From Mantamonas sphyraenae STR306 (taxonomy: Eukaryota; Protista; CRuMs), in assembly GCA_026936335.1 (NCBI GenBank), contig JAPMXV010000031.1, positions 186,001 to 250,000 of the forward strand: a stretch of DNA of 64,000 bases. Direction: 5' to 3'. Positions within the stretch are counted from its first letter, which is position 1. Every line of letters begins with the position of its first letter. Made by a program: the position numbers and the translations under genes. A model generated the notes under the pieces. The model saw nothing but the letters and a program-made list of their open reading frames with translations, searched no databases and was not told the DNA's origin. Shown here in pieces: positions 1 to 11,500 of this stretch.

Positions 1-41
1 CGTGATTGCGTTTGCGTTTGTTGTTGTTGTTCGGAACTCAC

Positions 42-497
42 TGTTCCATCCTCGCGCCAAGTTCCTCGCGCTGGCCAAACACCTCTTCGCGGATTTCATT
101 GCGGAGTCGGTCTGTGATGCGCTCTGTCAGCCTGTCCAGCAGCTGTTGGTGGCAATTGAAATCAGTTGTGATGCGAGTCCCATGTCAGTGGGTGGTGGGT
201 TTTCGACGCAGCCGTTTCCCGCGTTCGACCTACCTCCTCAGGGCGCACAAGCGACGCTGACGACGACCCTGTCCCTGGTCGCTCGTCGTACGTGGATGAG
301 CCATAGCTACGTTCCTGGCCATGATTGAGACTGGTGCCGCTGTTGTTGTTATTGCTGCTGTACGCCTGCGGTTTGTACTCGCGCTGTTCCTGCGCCACTT
401 CCTCCAACACCTCCCGTCGCGTCTCCTCTGCCTCCCGCTGCTTCATCCACTGAGCCTGACGCGCCTTGAGCGCTGCGATTTTGGCCTCTCTGCTCAT
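42..497 (-). CDS. Coiled-coil protein, partial (continues off the left edge); either a separate gene or the C-terminal part of the 494..3279 gene
   Basis: MSREAKIAALKARQAQWMKQRE... exon, intron 143..233 (GTAGGT...CTGAC...CAG), then exon LLDRLTERITDRLRNEIREEVFGQREELGARME ending at a GTGAGT donor at 41. Its ATG overlaps the upstream TGA (ATGA, 494-497). Confidence 0.6.
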
Positions 498-3279
498 CGG
501 TTCAGGCTGTATGGGTTGGCGCTGCTCGTGGTCGAAGAAAAGCTGCTTCCGCTGCCGCTGCTGCTAGCACCGCCGTAGGTGCCAGACAACGTGTACAAGC
601 TGCTGCCACTGCTCCCACTGCTGCCACTGCTCCCACTGCTCCCACTGCTTCCACTCAGAGAGTACTTTGTCGGTGAATACCCGCGGTACTGAGGTGAGGC
701 AGTCGTTGGACGGTAGCGGTACGTCGATCCGCTGGCGCTGCTGACATACGACGGGGCTCGGCTGGAAGCAAACTGTCCTGCGCTGCTGCTTGTTGTCGTG
801 CTTCCTCTGCTGCTGCTGATGCTGCTGCTGCTGCTGCTTCCAGTGCGCAGGTAGGACGACGACGGGGACGGACCTGGAGACAACTTGGCACTGGCCATGC
901 GATATGAGGCAGCCGGGGACTGAACGGTGGCCAGACTGCTGCCACTGGTGCTACCACTGCGGTACTTGGCGACAAGCGCCTCGTAGTTGTACCCCGATGC
1001 TGCTGCGCCGCGCACAGAGCGCTGGGGCTGCTGTGGCTGGCATAGTGTCCGCTGGAGCCCGAGTAGGCACCGTATGACGAGCTGTAGTTGCCCATCGAGC
1101 CAGCGGACGTTCTGGAGGCGGTGGACGAGGGTGAGCCCAATCGAGCGTTGCTGCTGCTGCCGCTGCTGATGCTGCTGTGGCTTCCTCCCGACCCGTACTT
1201 GGCCAGGATTGCCTGCACGTTGACCGAAGACGAGCCTCCTGACGGCGTGTACCGGCTGCCTGCTGTGTTGCTGCTGCGGCTGCTGTACGCCGAAGAGGAC
1301 GACGGCGACGTCGACGACGGAAGGTACGATGCAAGGCGCGCCGAGTAGGCGCTTGATGGCGACGACGGAGACACGGACGAGTACGACGATGTCGAACCGT
1401 AGTTGCCACTGCCACTGCCACTGTTTCCGCTGTTGTACGGCATGCGGATGCCGTACTTGCTCTCGATGCGCCGTGCCACATCCGCTGGCGACGCGCTGCT
1501 GCTGCTGCTTCCTGTGCCGCTCGTCAATCGGTTCGGCGATCGGCTCGGGGACGATCCCACCCCGTACTTGGCCAAAAGCATGGCCGTGGACGGGTTGGCA
1601 TACTTGGAGCCAGATTCTCCGCTGCCTGCGCTGCCTCCGCCGCTGCTCTGTGTCTCTGGGGTGCGAGGCGCATACTTGGCCAGCAGCTCTTGTGTGCGCG
1701 CAGAAAGCTGCGGTTGCTCCACTCCGCTTGCGTCAGATGCGTCCTGGTCCCCAAACAGCTGCTTCTTGGGCATGTGAGAAGGCGAAGGCGTTGGAGACCC
1801 CGCTGCTGCACTTCCACTTGATGCTCCGCCGCCCTGCGTGTACTTTGCAATCAACGCTGCAGTCTCTTCGCTCACTTGCAGCGATCCCAACGATGCGCCT
1901 GGAGAAGAGCGCTTCTGCTGCTGCTGCTTGTCACTTCCGGGCCCTGCCGAGCTGCCTTTGCCCTCGGCAACGTTGTTGTTCTGGCTCGGACTTCCCGTCT
2001 GCACGTCCGTGCCTCCCCCTTGCTTCTCCTCTTCTTCCTCTTCCTCGCCACGGCTTGTGCTCTCGTTTGCTGGCCCACTGATGGGCGACACGTTCAGAGT
2101 GCTGTCCAGCCCGTCTTGCTTCCGGCTCCACCGGCCTTCCATGGCGTCGACGAGAACGCTGCTCGTTTGCTGCTCTCCTTTTCATGCTCTTCATCCTCCT
2201 CATCCTTCTCTGCGTCCACGGATGATTCGGCATTGTCGGCGCTGATACTGTTTGTGCTGCCTTTGGCTTTCTCTGCTGCAGACGCATCACTGCCTGCGTT
2301 TCCTGTGGTGTTGTTTCCGCTTTGTGTGTCACTGTTGTTTGTGTTTTCCTGCTGCTGCTTCGTCTGCGGTGTCTCCTCCTTGCCGTCTTCCTGCGTGCCG
2401 GTGAGGTTGCCAGCCGTGGTTGCTGCTCCGTCGTCGCTGCTCATCGTCAGGTCAATGTGGTGGCTAAAGTGCACTCGATGAGGGGTTTTGCTTGCTGCAA
2501 TCGGGGTTTCGATGGGTTCGCCGCTTGCGTTGATGTACGAAACTGCCGGGAGCGTCACGCGCGTGTCAACACCAGAGGGGAAATCCTGCTCGTCGCCGCG
2601 TGTCTCCCTGTGCTCCACTTACAGTCGAAATCGGGCGATCCAAAGTGTACGCTGGCCAGACTGTCTTCTGGCTTGGCTTCTGTGTGCGTTTTGTACGCGT
2701 GGGTGGCCCGGTCGCATGCGCGGCGGTGGCAAAGTTCGTGTCAGCGTGGGCGGGCGGAACAACGACGATTTCCACCGTCACCGAAAACGCACTGAGGAAC
2801 TTGGGTGTTTTGAGCGGTGTTCCCGTATCTGTGCTCGGATCAAACAGGACGTGTGCCTTTTCCGGGCTGTTTGTAATGCTGTGAAGCGTTCCGTTGTGGA
2901 AGATGGCCTCTGACTCTGCGTGGGGCCCCAGCGTGAAGCAAGCGTGTGGCGCGCGCCACAGAACCAAATCGACAAGGTCAGCCAGCCGCCTGCGTGTGTG
3001 TGCCGTGTGCGTCCTCGCCCACCCTCGGGCCTGCCACCCACCGTATCGGTCGTACTCCAGGTCTTGCAGTGCTGCACTGGCCTGGGCTTCGCTCAACGAG
3101 TAATCGCTGGTGTCGTAAAGGTCGCCGTACAGAAGAAGGGCGTCGAGATCTGCTCCAATGCCGCTGTCAACCAATGCCGAATCGTTGCCGCTGTAGTTTC
3201 CCGTCTGATCAAACGTTCCAATGAGCTGGTCCAGATCAGGCAAGTGTTCGATGTCGGCCGCACGGAACGGGTTTTGCAT
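494..3279 (-). CDS. Large Ser/Gly-rich intrinsically disordered protein with repeated (L/I/V)AKY motifs; two apparent -1 frame breaks
   Basis: ATG 3279 (MQNPFRAADI). Three GT-AG introns (GTGGGT, GTGCGT, GTAAGT donors) give a continuous frame ...DRYESEAIF...KFLKAKPEDSLASVHFGSPDFDFSYIN...MSSDD. This continues through ORFs 2094..2618, 655..2142 and 494..1015, joined by 1-nt shifts near 2111 and 1025. Confidence 0.55.
598..655 (-). repeat. Coding tandem 9-nt repeat encoding (SSG)n
   Basis: ctgctgccactgctcccactgctgccactgctcccactgctcccactgct on the + strand; reads SGSSGSSGSSGSSGSSGSS on the minus strand. Confidence 0.8.
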
Positions 3280-3499
3280 TGCTGCTGGCTTCGCGTTGCA
3301 GTCAGCCTGTCCATCCCAAGCCTGTGCCAACTTCTCACACGCAAAAGGACGCTGGGGTGGGCCCACCGGATCGTTGCGAGCCAACGTTCGACCCGATGTT
3401 GCGGAACTCCGGCAAGGAAGGCGAAGGAAGGCGATGAAAAGCCGGGTGTGTGTCCTGCGCGCCAGCAGCTCAAACACAACCACCACACACACACACACA

Positions 3500-4405
3500 A
3501 TGACCACCGAATGGGACGACGTGCAGAACAAGATCAACGGTGATGGTGACATTGAAATCACCACCGAACAGCTGGCTGAGCTTGTGGACAACACAGTGCA
3601 GGAGTACAACCCGCTGGAAACGGCGACCCTGGATGAGCTGGACGAGTACGAAGACGAAGAGGACGACGAAATCCTGCTGGAGTACCGCAGGCAGAGGATG
3701 GCCGAAATGGCCGAGGCCATGAAGAAGGCCAAGTTTGGCGAAATGATGGAAATCACTGAGCCCGAGTTCAAGAGCGAGGTCACAGAGGCTGGCGAAGACG
3801 TCAACGTGGTGGTGATGCTGTACAAAGATGGAATCCCTGCGTGCAAGCTGCTGGAGAAGCACCTGCGTGCCCTTGCTGCCAAGTTCCCGGCCACCAAGTT
3901 TGTGTCGGCACTCTCCTTCCGCATTATTCCCAACTACCCCGACTACAACCTGCCCACCCTCTTTGTGTACAAGAACGGCAAGGTCGCACACCAAGTTGTC
4001 GGCCTCGACGCCATCCACGGCATGAAGACAACCCAGGACGGTAAGTGCACAGCCTGCCAGGGCAAAAAGGAAGGTGCCAAAAGGAAGGGCCAAAAAGGAA
4101 GGCATCCGCTGGGAATTGGGCTCCTTCCTCTCCACAAACGCTCCGTCACTGACACCCCCTTGCCCACACGAATTCCGAAACTCCGTGCACGTGTGTATGT
4201 TCACCCTGTCATCGCAATGCCACGCCACCCTCCCGTCACCCCTCCTCTAATGTGTGTATGTGTGTGTGCAGATGTTGAGTGGAAACTCGCCACCCTCAAG
4301 GTCGTAGATAGCGACTTTATCGAGGATCCCCGCTTCGACGACGTGCAGACAGTTGGCTTTGGCAACCGCACGGGCTATGTGGGCGACATGTCGCTCAAAC
4401 TGTGA
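3500..4405 (+). CDS. PDCL3: Phosducin-like protein 2 class (PhLP2/VIAF), thioredoxin-fold CCT co-chaperone
   Basis: N-terminal TEWDD, acidic tract, YRRQRMAEM, AKFG, EVTEAG, LAAKFPATKFV, IPNYPDYNLPTLFVYKNG, DVEWKL. Intron 4041..4271 (GTAAGT...CAG). Confidence 0.88.
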   Translation: MTTEWDDVQNKINGDGDIEITTEQLAELVDNTVQEYNPLETATLDELDEYEDEEDDEILLEYRRQRMAEMAEAMKKAKFGEMMEITEPEFKSEVTEAGEDVNVVVMLYKDGIPACKLLEKHLRALAAKFPATKFVSALSFRIIPNYPDYNLPTLFVYKNGKVAHQVVGLDAIHGMKTTQDGKCTACQGKKEGAKRKGQKGRHPLGIGLLPLHKRSVTDTPLPTRIPKLRARVYVHPVIAMPRHPPVTPPLMCVCVCADVEWKLATLKVVDSDFIEDPRFDDVQTVGFGNRTGYVGDMSLKL

Positions 4406-4423
4406 CAACAAACGCTCGTTTCA

Positions 4424-5326
4424 TCATCCTTCCTCCAAACCTCGCTTCTGTTTGGCTTCCATCAACAGCTCGCCCGCCAAGCGTGTTGCCCAACCCACGT
4501 ATCGTGCTCCAGATTGCACATGCACAATGTCGACGAGTCCCATCTTGCCCACAGCCTCGTCAAACTGGTCCAGTTGAAACACGCTGCCGAGCATCACCGC
4601 CCCAAGCACAACACCGACCCCCCAGCCCCCGTGGGCAGAGTGGGATGTCCGTGTGATGTGTGTCAGCGTCTGGTTGGAACGTTTCCCGGTCCACGCACTC
4701 CTGGTACACACACTGCGCTGAACTCACCCTACCCACGCCTCCCCGTCGGCGTACGAATGCACCCCATGGCCAACGCAGTTGTTCTTCTCCCACTCCCCCT
4801 CGTATTGGTTGCCGTTGTGCCAAAGATATGTACTGCGACGGGTGTGTCAGCTCGGTCCCCTGTCTCGTTCGCGGGCCTCCGCAAAAACTCAGGACGCCCC
4901 TGCCTGCACTTACCCCGTGCGAGAACGCAGACCTTCATCAAACTCGCCGTAGTACAGGTCTCCTTCCCACCGGCCCGTGTCCCACGAGCTCAGACCCGTG
5001 CCTTGGATGCGGCCCTTGTTGTAGTGGAGCCCTTGCTCCACAAACCCCTCTGGATAGCGCCACTCCCCAGTGACAATCTCGTCGTTTTCCCAAATGCCCG
5101 TCACTGTGCGTTTGTTGGGGTACGTCATCGTTCCATACCCGTGCCGTTGGCCATTCCTGTTTGTTTGACCCGTGTACTCGCTTGTGTTGCTCTCCACGAG
5201 CTCGTCATCATCCAATGGTGCCAGGTCAAGGTCGATCAGCTTGCGTTTGTATCCATACGTCGATGTGTACTCCTGCTGACCCACCTCGCCCTTCTCTCGG
5301 CGCAAAACGGGACCCGTGTGCGGCAT
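4424..5326 (-). CDS. MORN-repeat protein
   Basis: YTGQTNRNGQRHGYGTMTYPN, YYGEFDEGLRSRTGTYLWHNGNQYEGEWEKNNCVGHGVHSYADG; two GT-AG introns. Confidence 0.75.
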
Positions 5327-5373
5327 CGGCTTGCCCGCGCCCGCGCACACCCAACCAAACGTCCCCACCTCGC

Positions 5374-6750
5374 ATGAGCTCCACCGTAGATTCCATTGCT
5401 TCTGAAACCACCCGTGAGCTCGAGTCCACAACACAGGCACAGCCCGTGGCGGACCACGAGCTCGACGACGACCTCGAACTCGACGACGACGACGTTCCCG
5501 ACCTCCTGCCGGTCTCCAAGGTGCCCATCACCCTCGTCACGGGCTTTCTCGGCGCAGGCAAGACCACATTTCTCAAACATGTGCTGCACGAGAAACACGG
5601 CATGCGCATTGCCGTCATCGTCAACGATTTCGGCCAAGTGGGCATCGAGAAAATGTCCGTGGTCAACGAGCAGGGCAGTCCCTACGACGACTGGATCGAG
5701 CTCTCCAACGGCTGCATCTGCTGTTCTGTCCGCGGTGACCTCGCCATGGCTCTCGAGGGCCTCGTCGACAAGAAGGGCCTCTTTGACAACATCATCATCG
5801 AAGCCACCGGCCTTGCCGACCCGTCCCCTCTCGTTCGCCAGTTCTGGTTCGACGACGGCCTCATGTCCGACCTCTATCTCGACGGCGTCATCACCTTTGT
5901 ATCTGCCAAGCACATTGGACGCCAACTCGACACCACGGGCTTCAAGGAGGCTTCGGAAGACTCAGCCGGAAAGTCCGCGAAGGCGGCCATCCACCGAGAC
6001 ACAGGCGTCAACGAGGCCCACCAGCAGGTGGCTCTTGCAGATCGACTCATCATCAACAAGGTGGATCTGGTCACAGAGGAGGAGATTGCAGCCATCCGCG
6101 CTCGCCTCGCCGAAATCAACCCCACCGCCAAGGTCTTTCTCACCGAGTACTCGCGTGTCGCCCTCGACGAGGTGCTTGACATTCACGCCTTTGACTTTGA
6201 CCACGCCTTTGACGTGTTTCCCCAGCTCAAGGAGAGTGGGGACGATGTCGGTGCAGAAAAAAGCAAGCAGGAGACGGAGAAACATCTGCACGAGCACTCA
6301 CACGACGCTGAGTCGTGCTCTCAATGCCAAGAGGCACAAGCCCAAACGTCGCAGACCATCGACATCGACAGTTCCACACACACGGGCCTCAAGGCACAGA
6401 ACATCTCTGCACATGGGGTGGTGGACATCGATGGCCTCCGCAAGTGGCTTGGCCTCCTCCTGTGGGAGAAGGGTGCTGCAGATGACATGTACCGATACAA
6501 GGGCCTCATGCACGGCTGGTTGGACGACGACGATCTGGAAGCCAAGGAGCTGACGGGCAAGGTCATGGGCACCCATGTCCTCCAAGGCGTCCACGAGCTC
6601 TTTGATGTTCAGTTTACTGGGTTGGTCGACACCACTCAGGACGACTCGAGCGAGGATTATCACAACCGCTTCCTCTTTATTGGCCGCAATCTCGAACGCT
6701 GGGACATTGAGAAGGGCATCCTGCAGTTTGTGTCGTCTCCAGAGCAATGA
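5374..6750 (+). CDS. ZNG1: CobW/COG0523 G3E GTPase zinc metallochaperone (CBWD/ZNG1-like)
   Basis: Walker A GFLGAGKTT, metal-binding GCICC (CxCC), IIIEATGLADP, NKVD, His-rich linker, C-terminal YRYKG...LQGVHELF...FIGRNL. Intronless. Confidence 0.9.
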   Translation: MSSTVDSIASETTRELESTTQAQPVADHELDDDLELDDDDVPDLLPVSKVPITLVTGFLGAGKTTFLKHVLHEKHGMRIAVIVNDFGQVGIEKMSVVNEQGSPYDDWIELSNGCICCSVRGDLAMALEGLVDKKGLFDNIIIEATGLADPSPLVRQFWFDDGLMSDLYLDGVITFVSAKHIGRQLDTTGFKEASEDSAGKSAKAAIHRDTGVNEAHQQVALADRLIINKVDLVTEEEIAAIRARLAEINPTAKVFLTEYSRVALDEVLDIHAFDFDHAFDVFPQLKESGDDVGAEKSKQETEKHLHEHSHDAESCSQCQEAQAQTSQTIDIDSSTHTGLKAQNISAHGVVDIDGLRKWLGLLLWEKGAADDMYRYKGLMHGWLDDDDLEAKELTGKVMGTHVLQGVHELFDVQFTGLVDTTQDDSSEDYHNRFLFIGRNLERWDIEKGILQFVSSPEQ

Positions 6751-6754
6751 AGGG

Positions 6755-8478
6755 TCATTCTCCACCATTCCCTCCACCATTGCCATTGCCACCTCCTCCG
6801 CCTCCACGCTTCTTGTTGTTGCGTCGCTTGCGGCTACGTTTGCTCTTCTGCGCCGAATCCTGTGCTTGCTGTGTGGCCTTGGTTGTGTCCCGTGGTGGCT
6901 GCTGCTGCTGCTGTTTCTCCTTCTTGGGTGTCTCCCCACCCTGCTGGCCAGCACCACCACCACCACCACCACCACCACCACCATTCCCTTCCCCTCCATT
7001 CTTGTTCTTGTTCTTCTTTTTGCGTCCCCCTCGCTTACGTCGCTTGCCCTTGCCGGATCCTTGTGAATCCACGGACGACAGCGAGTCCTGGCTGTTTGCT
7101 CGCCTCACCATGGGTGCCAGCTTGTCCACCATCACGGTCGTTGCATCCTCAGCCGTCACCCCTGTCGTTGTCGTGCTTGTACTTGTCGTGTTCGTCTCCT
7201 CCTCGGTCAGCTCTCGGCTTGAGTCCAAACCGTGTTCCGCCCAATATGCACCCACCGTGTCCACCGACGCCACACTTGTATCCAGCGCACTTTCATCATC
7301 CTCTCTTTCCTCCTGTTCCACCTCTACAGCCGCTGCAGGTGCCTCTTGCATCTCCTTCCGCACAGGAATGGGAGACACGCGTGCCTCCACCTCCTTCCTC
7401 TCTGCCTCGGCTTTGGCCTCGGCTGCCATGGCCGCTGCAAGCCCCTCTTCGCCCTCTCGCACCACCAGGTACATTGCTGGAAGGTAGAACATCGGAGACA
7501 CTTCCTTGGCTGTCTCTTTGGTCGTCTTGCCGTTTGCTTGGGTCTTTGCCACCACCTCTTCTTTCTTGGGCACCTGCTTCTGCTGACTCTGGCTGCCTTG
7601 CTTGTCCTTACCCTTACCCTTGCCCTTACTCTTGCCTTTGCCTTTGCCCTTGCCTTTGCCTTTGCCCTTTGCCTGATCCTGGTTCTTGCCACGATCTTTT
7701 CCTTATCGTCGCTGTTGGTCGAGGGTTGCCCTGCTGCCGGCTGTGGCTTGGTGGCGATGGCCAGGTAGTAAAGCGGAGCACGAGAGGCCATTGGATCCTC
7801 GCATTCGTAAAGAGACGTGCCATTCGGCGTGCTCTTGCTTTGCGTTGCCGTGTTGCCCTCGCCGGATTTCTCGCCCTTGTGGTGACGTCGCTCCAGATTG
7901 AGGCCACCTTCTCGCTGCGGCTTCTGCGGCGCACTGCGTGTGTCCACGCCTCCCTTGCGCTGCACAAAGGTTTCTTTCGCAGGCGCATTCTTGCTGCTGT
8001 CTGCCGTCGCATGCGTCTGTCCTGGCGCCGTGTTTTCCTTGGCCAGCCCGTTTTCATGTCGCCCGTCCCTCCCATTATCCGTTCGACCTCCGTCCTGCGC
8101 TTGGGGCCTGCCGACAGCCGACGAGCTTGCACCTTGATCCACAGAAGCATTGGTTGCGTCGTCGACTCCAGTCTGTTGGCCACTCTGCGCAGCCGTGGTC
8201 GTCTGTGGGCCTGCACTGGACGTGGAGGTTGTCTCCGGACCAGCCGCAGCTGCAGGGCCCCGCTGATCCGCGGCCTGCTCCACACCTGAATCGGTTGCCG
8301 TCCCGGTTGTGCCCTGTTCTGTGTCTGTGCTGTTCCTGGACCCATTGGATTCCCCAGAGATGCGTCCTGTGGCAGGCGCTTCTGCGGCAGCCGCCTGCCA
8401 TTGCCATGCCATGTACGCCACCGACGCCACCACCACTGCGACCCCTGTGTATGTTGCCACCTGTGACCAGTTTGCCAT
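6755..8478 (-). CDS. Hypothetical N-terminally membrane-anchored low-complexity protein; one apparent frame break near 7700
   Basis: MANWSQVATYTGVAVVVASVAYMAWQW signal-anchor. The 7324..8571 frame turns into RAKAKARAK, while the -1 frame (KDRGKNQDQAKGKGKG...) runs into ORF 6755..7573. Confidence 0.55.
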
Positions 8479-8559
8479 CCCTTCCCTGCAACGATGTGAT
8501 GCGTTGTTTGTTGGCTGCGTCATCGCGGCCAAACACCCCTCACCCCTCTTCTGCTGCTG

Positions 8560-11500
8560 ATGGACGCCCACGTCTCATCTTTGCTCGTGGCTTCCACCCC
8601 ACACAAAGTGCGCCACAGCCAGCTGCACCCTACAAAGCCCTGGCTGGCCACTGTCGACGAGGAGGGCTTGGTCAGCCTGTGGAACTACGAGGAGCAGTTG
8701 CAGCTCACTTCGTTCTCCCTCGCCGACGTCGATGGCAACGCCCTCGCCAAGCAGAAGGAGGCAAAGGAGCTGGCCAAAACCCTCGAGGCCAGACACGTGC
8801 CCGTTCCATTTGATGTTCCCGACGTCCACAAGAGTGAAAAGTGGGGCGACGTCGTGGCTGTGCTCTTCTTGGACAACCCCTCTCGTCTTTCGGGCCTTCA
8901 CACAGGCGTACGTCGTTCCTCTTTGCTTTCGTTCCCTCGGCGTGCACTCCCTGCGCGCCACTCCTTCGTGTCATGGCTAACTCGGTGCACCTTCCTCGCA
9001 ATGCCGCCCTGCTTCCTGCGCACAGCAAGCCGCGGCTTTGCACAATCACTATTCGCTTGCTGGCCAAGCCTCGTCGACTTTGCCTGCCCACGCAGGCTCA
9101 TACGACTCTGCGGCTGGCCCTCTGTCGCCAGGAACGCAATCTTCGTCATCCACGTCATCATCGTCGTCGTCGTCGAGTTCCGGGTCCGCCTCCTCAGACC
9201 TCTATGTCGCTGCAGGCAACTGGCTGCTCGTCGCTTGCCAACACCGCGTCCTTTGGCACGACTACATCACGGGACAACAACGTCACATGTGGCACGACGA
9301 CTTTGCGGCCAAAGATATCAGTTCTGTACAGGTGCTGCTGACCCAGCCCTGGGTCGCCTTTGGCTGTACGTTGGCGTTTGCCTGTTTCCTCTTCCTCCTG
9401 CCAATCCTCCGCTCACCTCGAAAACGCCCCTTACTCTCGTCACAGGCTCGGACGGCGCCATTCGTCTGTGGGATTGGAAACGCTGGACACTGGTGGGCAC
9501 ACTGTCGCGTGTACACACCAAGCCAGTGAGTGTGCTGCGCGTGGTGTTGCGAGACGGCGACGAACAGCTCGTGTCCGGTTGCACCGCAGGCACACTTGCA
9601 CGCTGGTCCATCAACCTGCAGGATTGCATTTGGAGTCAGCAAAAGGCCCACGGCAGCTCTTCGGACCTCGTGTGTCTGGACGTTCACCCGCACACGGGTA
9701 TGGTGCTCAGTGCCGCCGACGACCGCTCCCTCCACGTGTGGCACATGGGCAACTCTGCCCTGAGCCAACACAGCTCGACGCGCACCAGTACGTACTCTCT
9801 TTGCCTTTTTGTCCCTGCTTCTGCCTGTGCCGCCTTGTCCCCTGTAGCTGTTGCTGACCCTCGCACACTTGAACGCCTGCACCCCAACAGAGAAAGTGGC
9901 CAAGAATCGCCTTGCGGACATTGCCTTTTATCACGACCGGCGTCTGGGCATGGAGACGGCACTTGCGGTGGTGCTCAAGACATCCCAGCTTTATTTTATT
10001 GCCAATCTGGACGACGTGAGCGAGGACACCTGGCTCCCGCTGGTCGATTTGAAGGACCTGTTTGTGGCCGCACACATACGCGCACACACCAGCTCCAGCA
10101 CCAGCAGCGAGGAAGCGGCCGCCGTGGCACAGGAGGCGCAGGAGGCCTACAAGAGGCTCAAGGTGTACAGTCTGTGTGTGCACACGCGCCAGAACGACGT
10201 GTTTGCGGCCATGACCAATCTGGGGGTTTTTGTGGGACGCATGCACAGCAACGTGCACCTTGCGCGGAGTGCACATGCCATGACTCGTCTCAACCCCAAG
10301 ACCCCACTCACACGCACGGCCTATCTGTGCGGCAAATCGGGTCTGGGTGCGCTCACGTTTAGTGTGCTCCACAGCGACGGCACCACAAAGGTCAAGCAGA
10401 AGTACGAGGTTGTGGCTGGGTTCGACTCTTACACAGGGCCTGTGGAGGTGGGCTTGTCGCCCTCGGGCCGCTTCATGTCGGTGGTGTTTCCCATCAAGCA
10501 CCAGTACGTGGTGTATCGCATCAACTCGCACGGCACTGCAGCAGACATTGTCGACACAGGAATTGCGCAATCCATTGTGTGGTGTTCCTTCAAGGACACT
10601 GCAGCCATCCTGGTCCCCGACGAGGGTGTGCGCCCAGGCGAGCGAGGACCGGGCACTGTGCAGATCAAAGAGGCCGACCCGGGCGGCAACATCCTGGAAA
10701 CGACGCACTCGAGCATCGACATGCCTCGCAAGGCCTACAAACTGTTCGGTGGCCTGTTGCTGGGAGTTGCCTATCATCGTGGCGATGGCACGGGGGCCGG
10801 GTCGTCTTCGTCGTCGTCGTCGTCGTCTTCGTCGTCGGCTGCAGACGCTGGCGGAGGAGGCACCACGGATCGCGATGCAGTGTTTAACTTTCAGCTGATG
10901 GATTGGGAGTCGTGCAGCACGCTGGGGCCTGCTGTGCCTGAGCCTGTCGAAGTGTTTTGGGGTCCTTCGCAACTGTACTGCGTGATGGCGTACGCAAGCG
11001 AGTTGTGCGTGTACCGCCTCTCGCCACGCTTTGTGCTACAGTGTGCGTTGCCGTACGAAGCGCAGAGTGTGCTGTGCTTGCGCCACGCGTTGATTGTGGT
11101 GACGCGGACGGAGCTGCGGTGCATCTTTCTCACGTCCAGCAAGTCGCCACCCAGCGTGGCGTTGACCACACAGCCCAGTGTGGGCACCCAAACGGGCGAC
11201 GATCTGTTCCACACGCGCGCTCCAGGCACCCTGCAAGCCCTGGCTGTGATTGGCAGTGTGTTGTTTCTGCTGGACGCACACAACCGCGTGCATCACGTCT
11301 CCCTCAACCAACCCCTTGTGCGCTTCCGCTTCCTGGCTATGGAGGGAGCAGTTCAGGATGCGCTTGCGTGTGCACAGCGCATCTCCAAGCACCACCACAA
11401 CACATTGGCCGTCTTTCTCGACTCCCTTGGCTACCCCCTGGCTGCACTCAAGCTGCGCGGCATCAGCACCTGGCTCAAGGTACAAGTGGCCCTGCGCAAT

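Noticed and set aside
2114-2130. Possible 17-nt GT-AG micro-intron (GTGGAGCCGGAAGCAAG, minus strand) that would repair one frame break
   Set aside because: The donor lacks the GTRNGT consensus, there is no branch point, all other introns are ~70 nt or longer, and I found no equivalent for the break near 1025.
8905-9095. Apparent GC-AG intron in the TSET WD40 gene
   Set aside because: A canonical GTACGT...CTAAC...CAG intron (~8908-9025) restores the frame.
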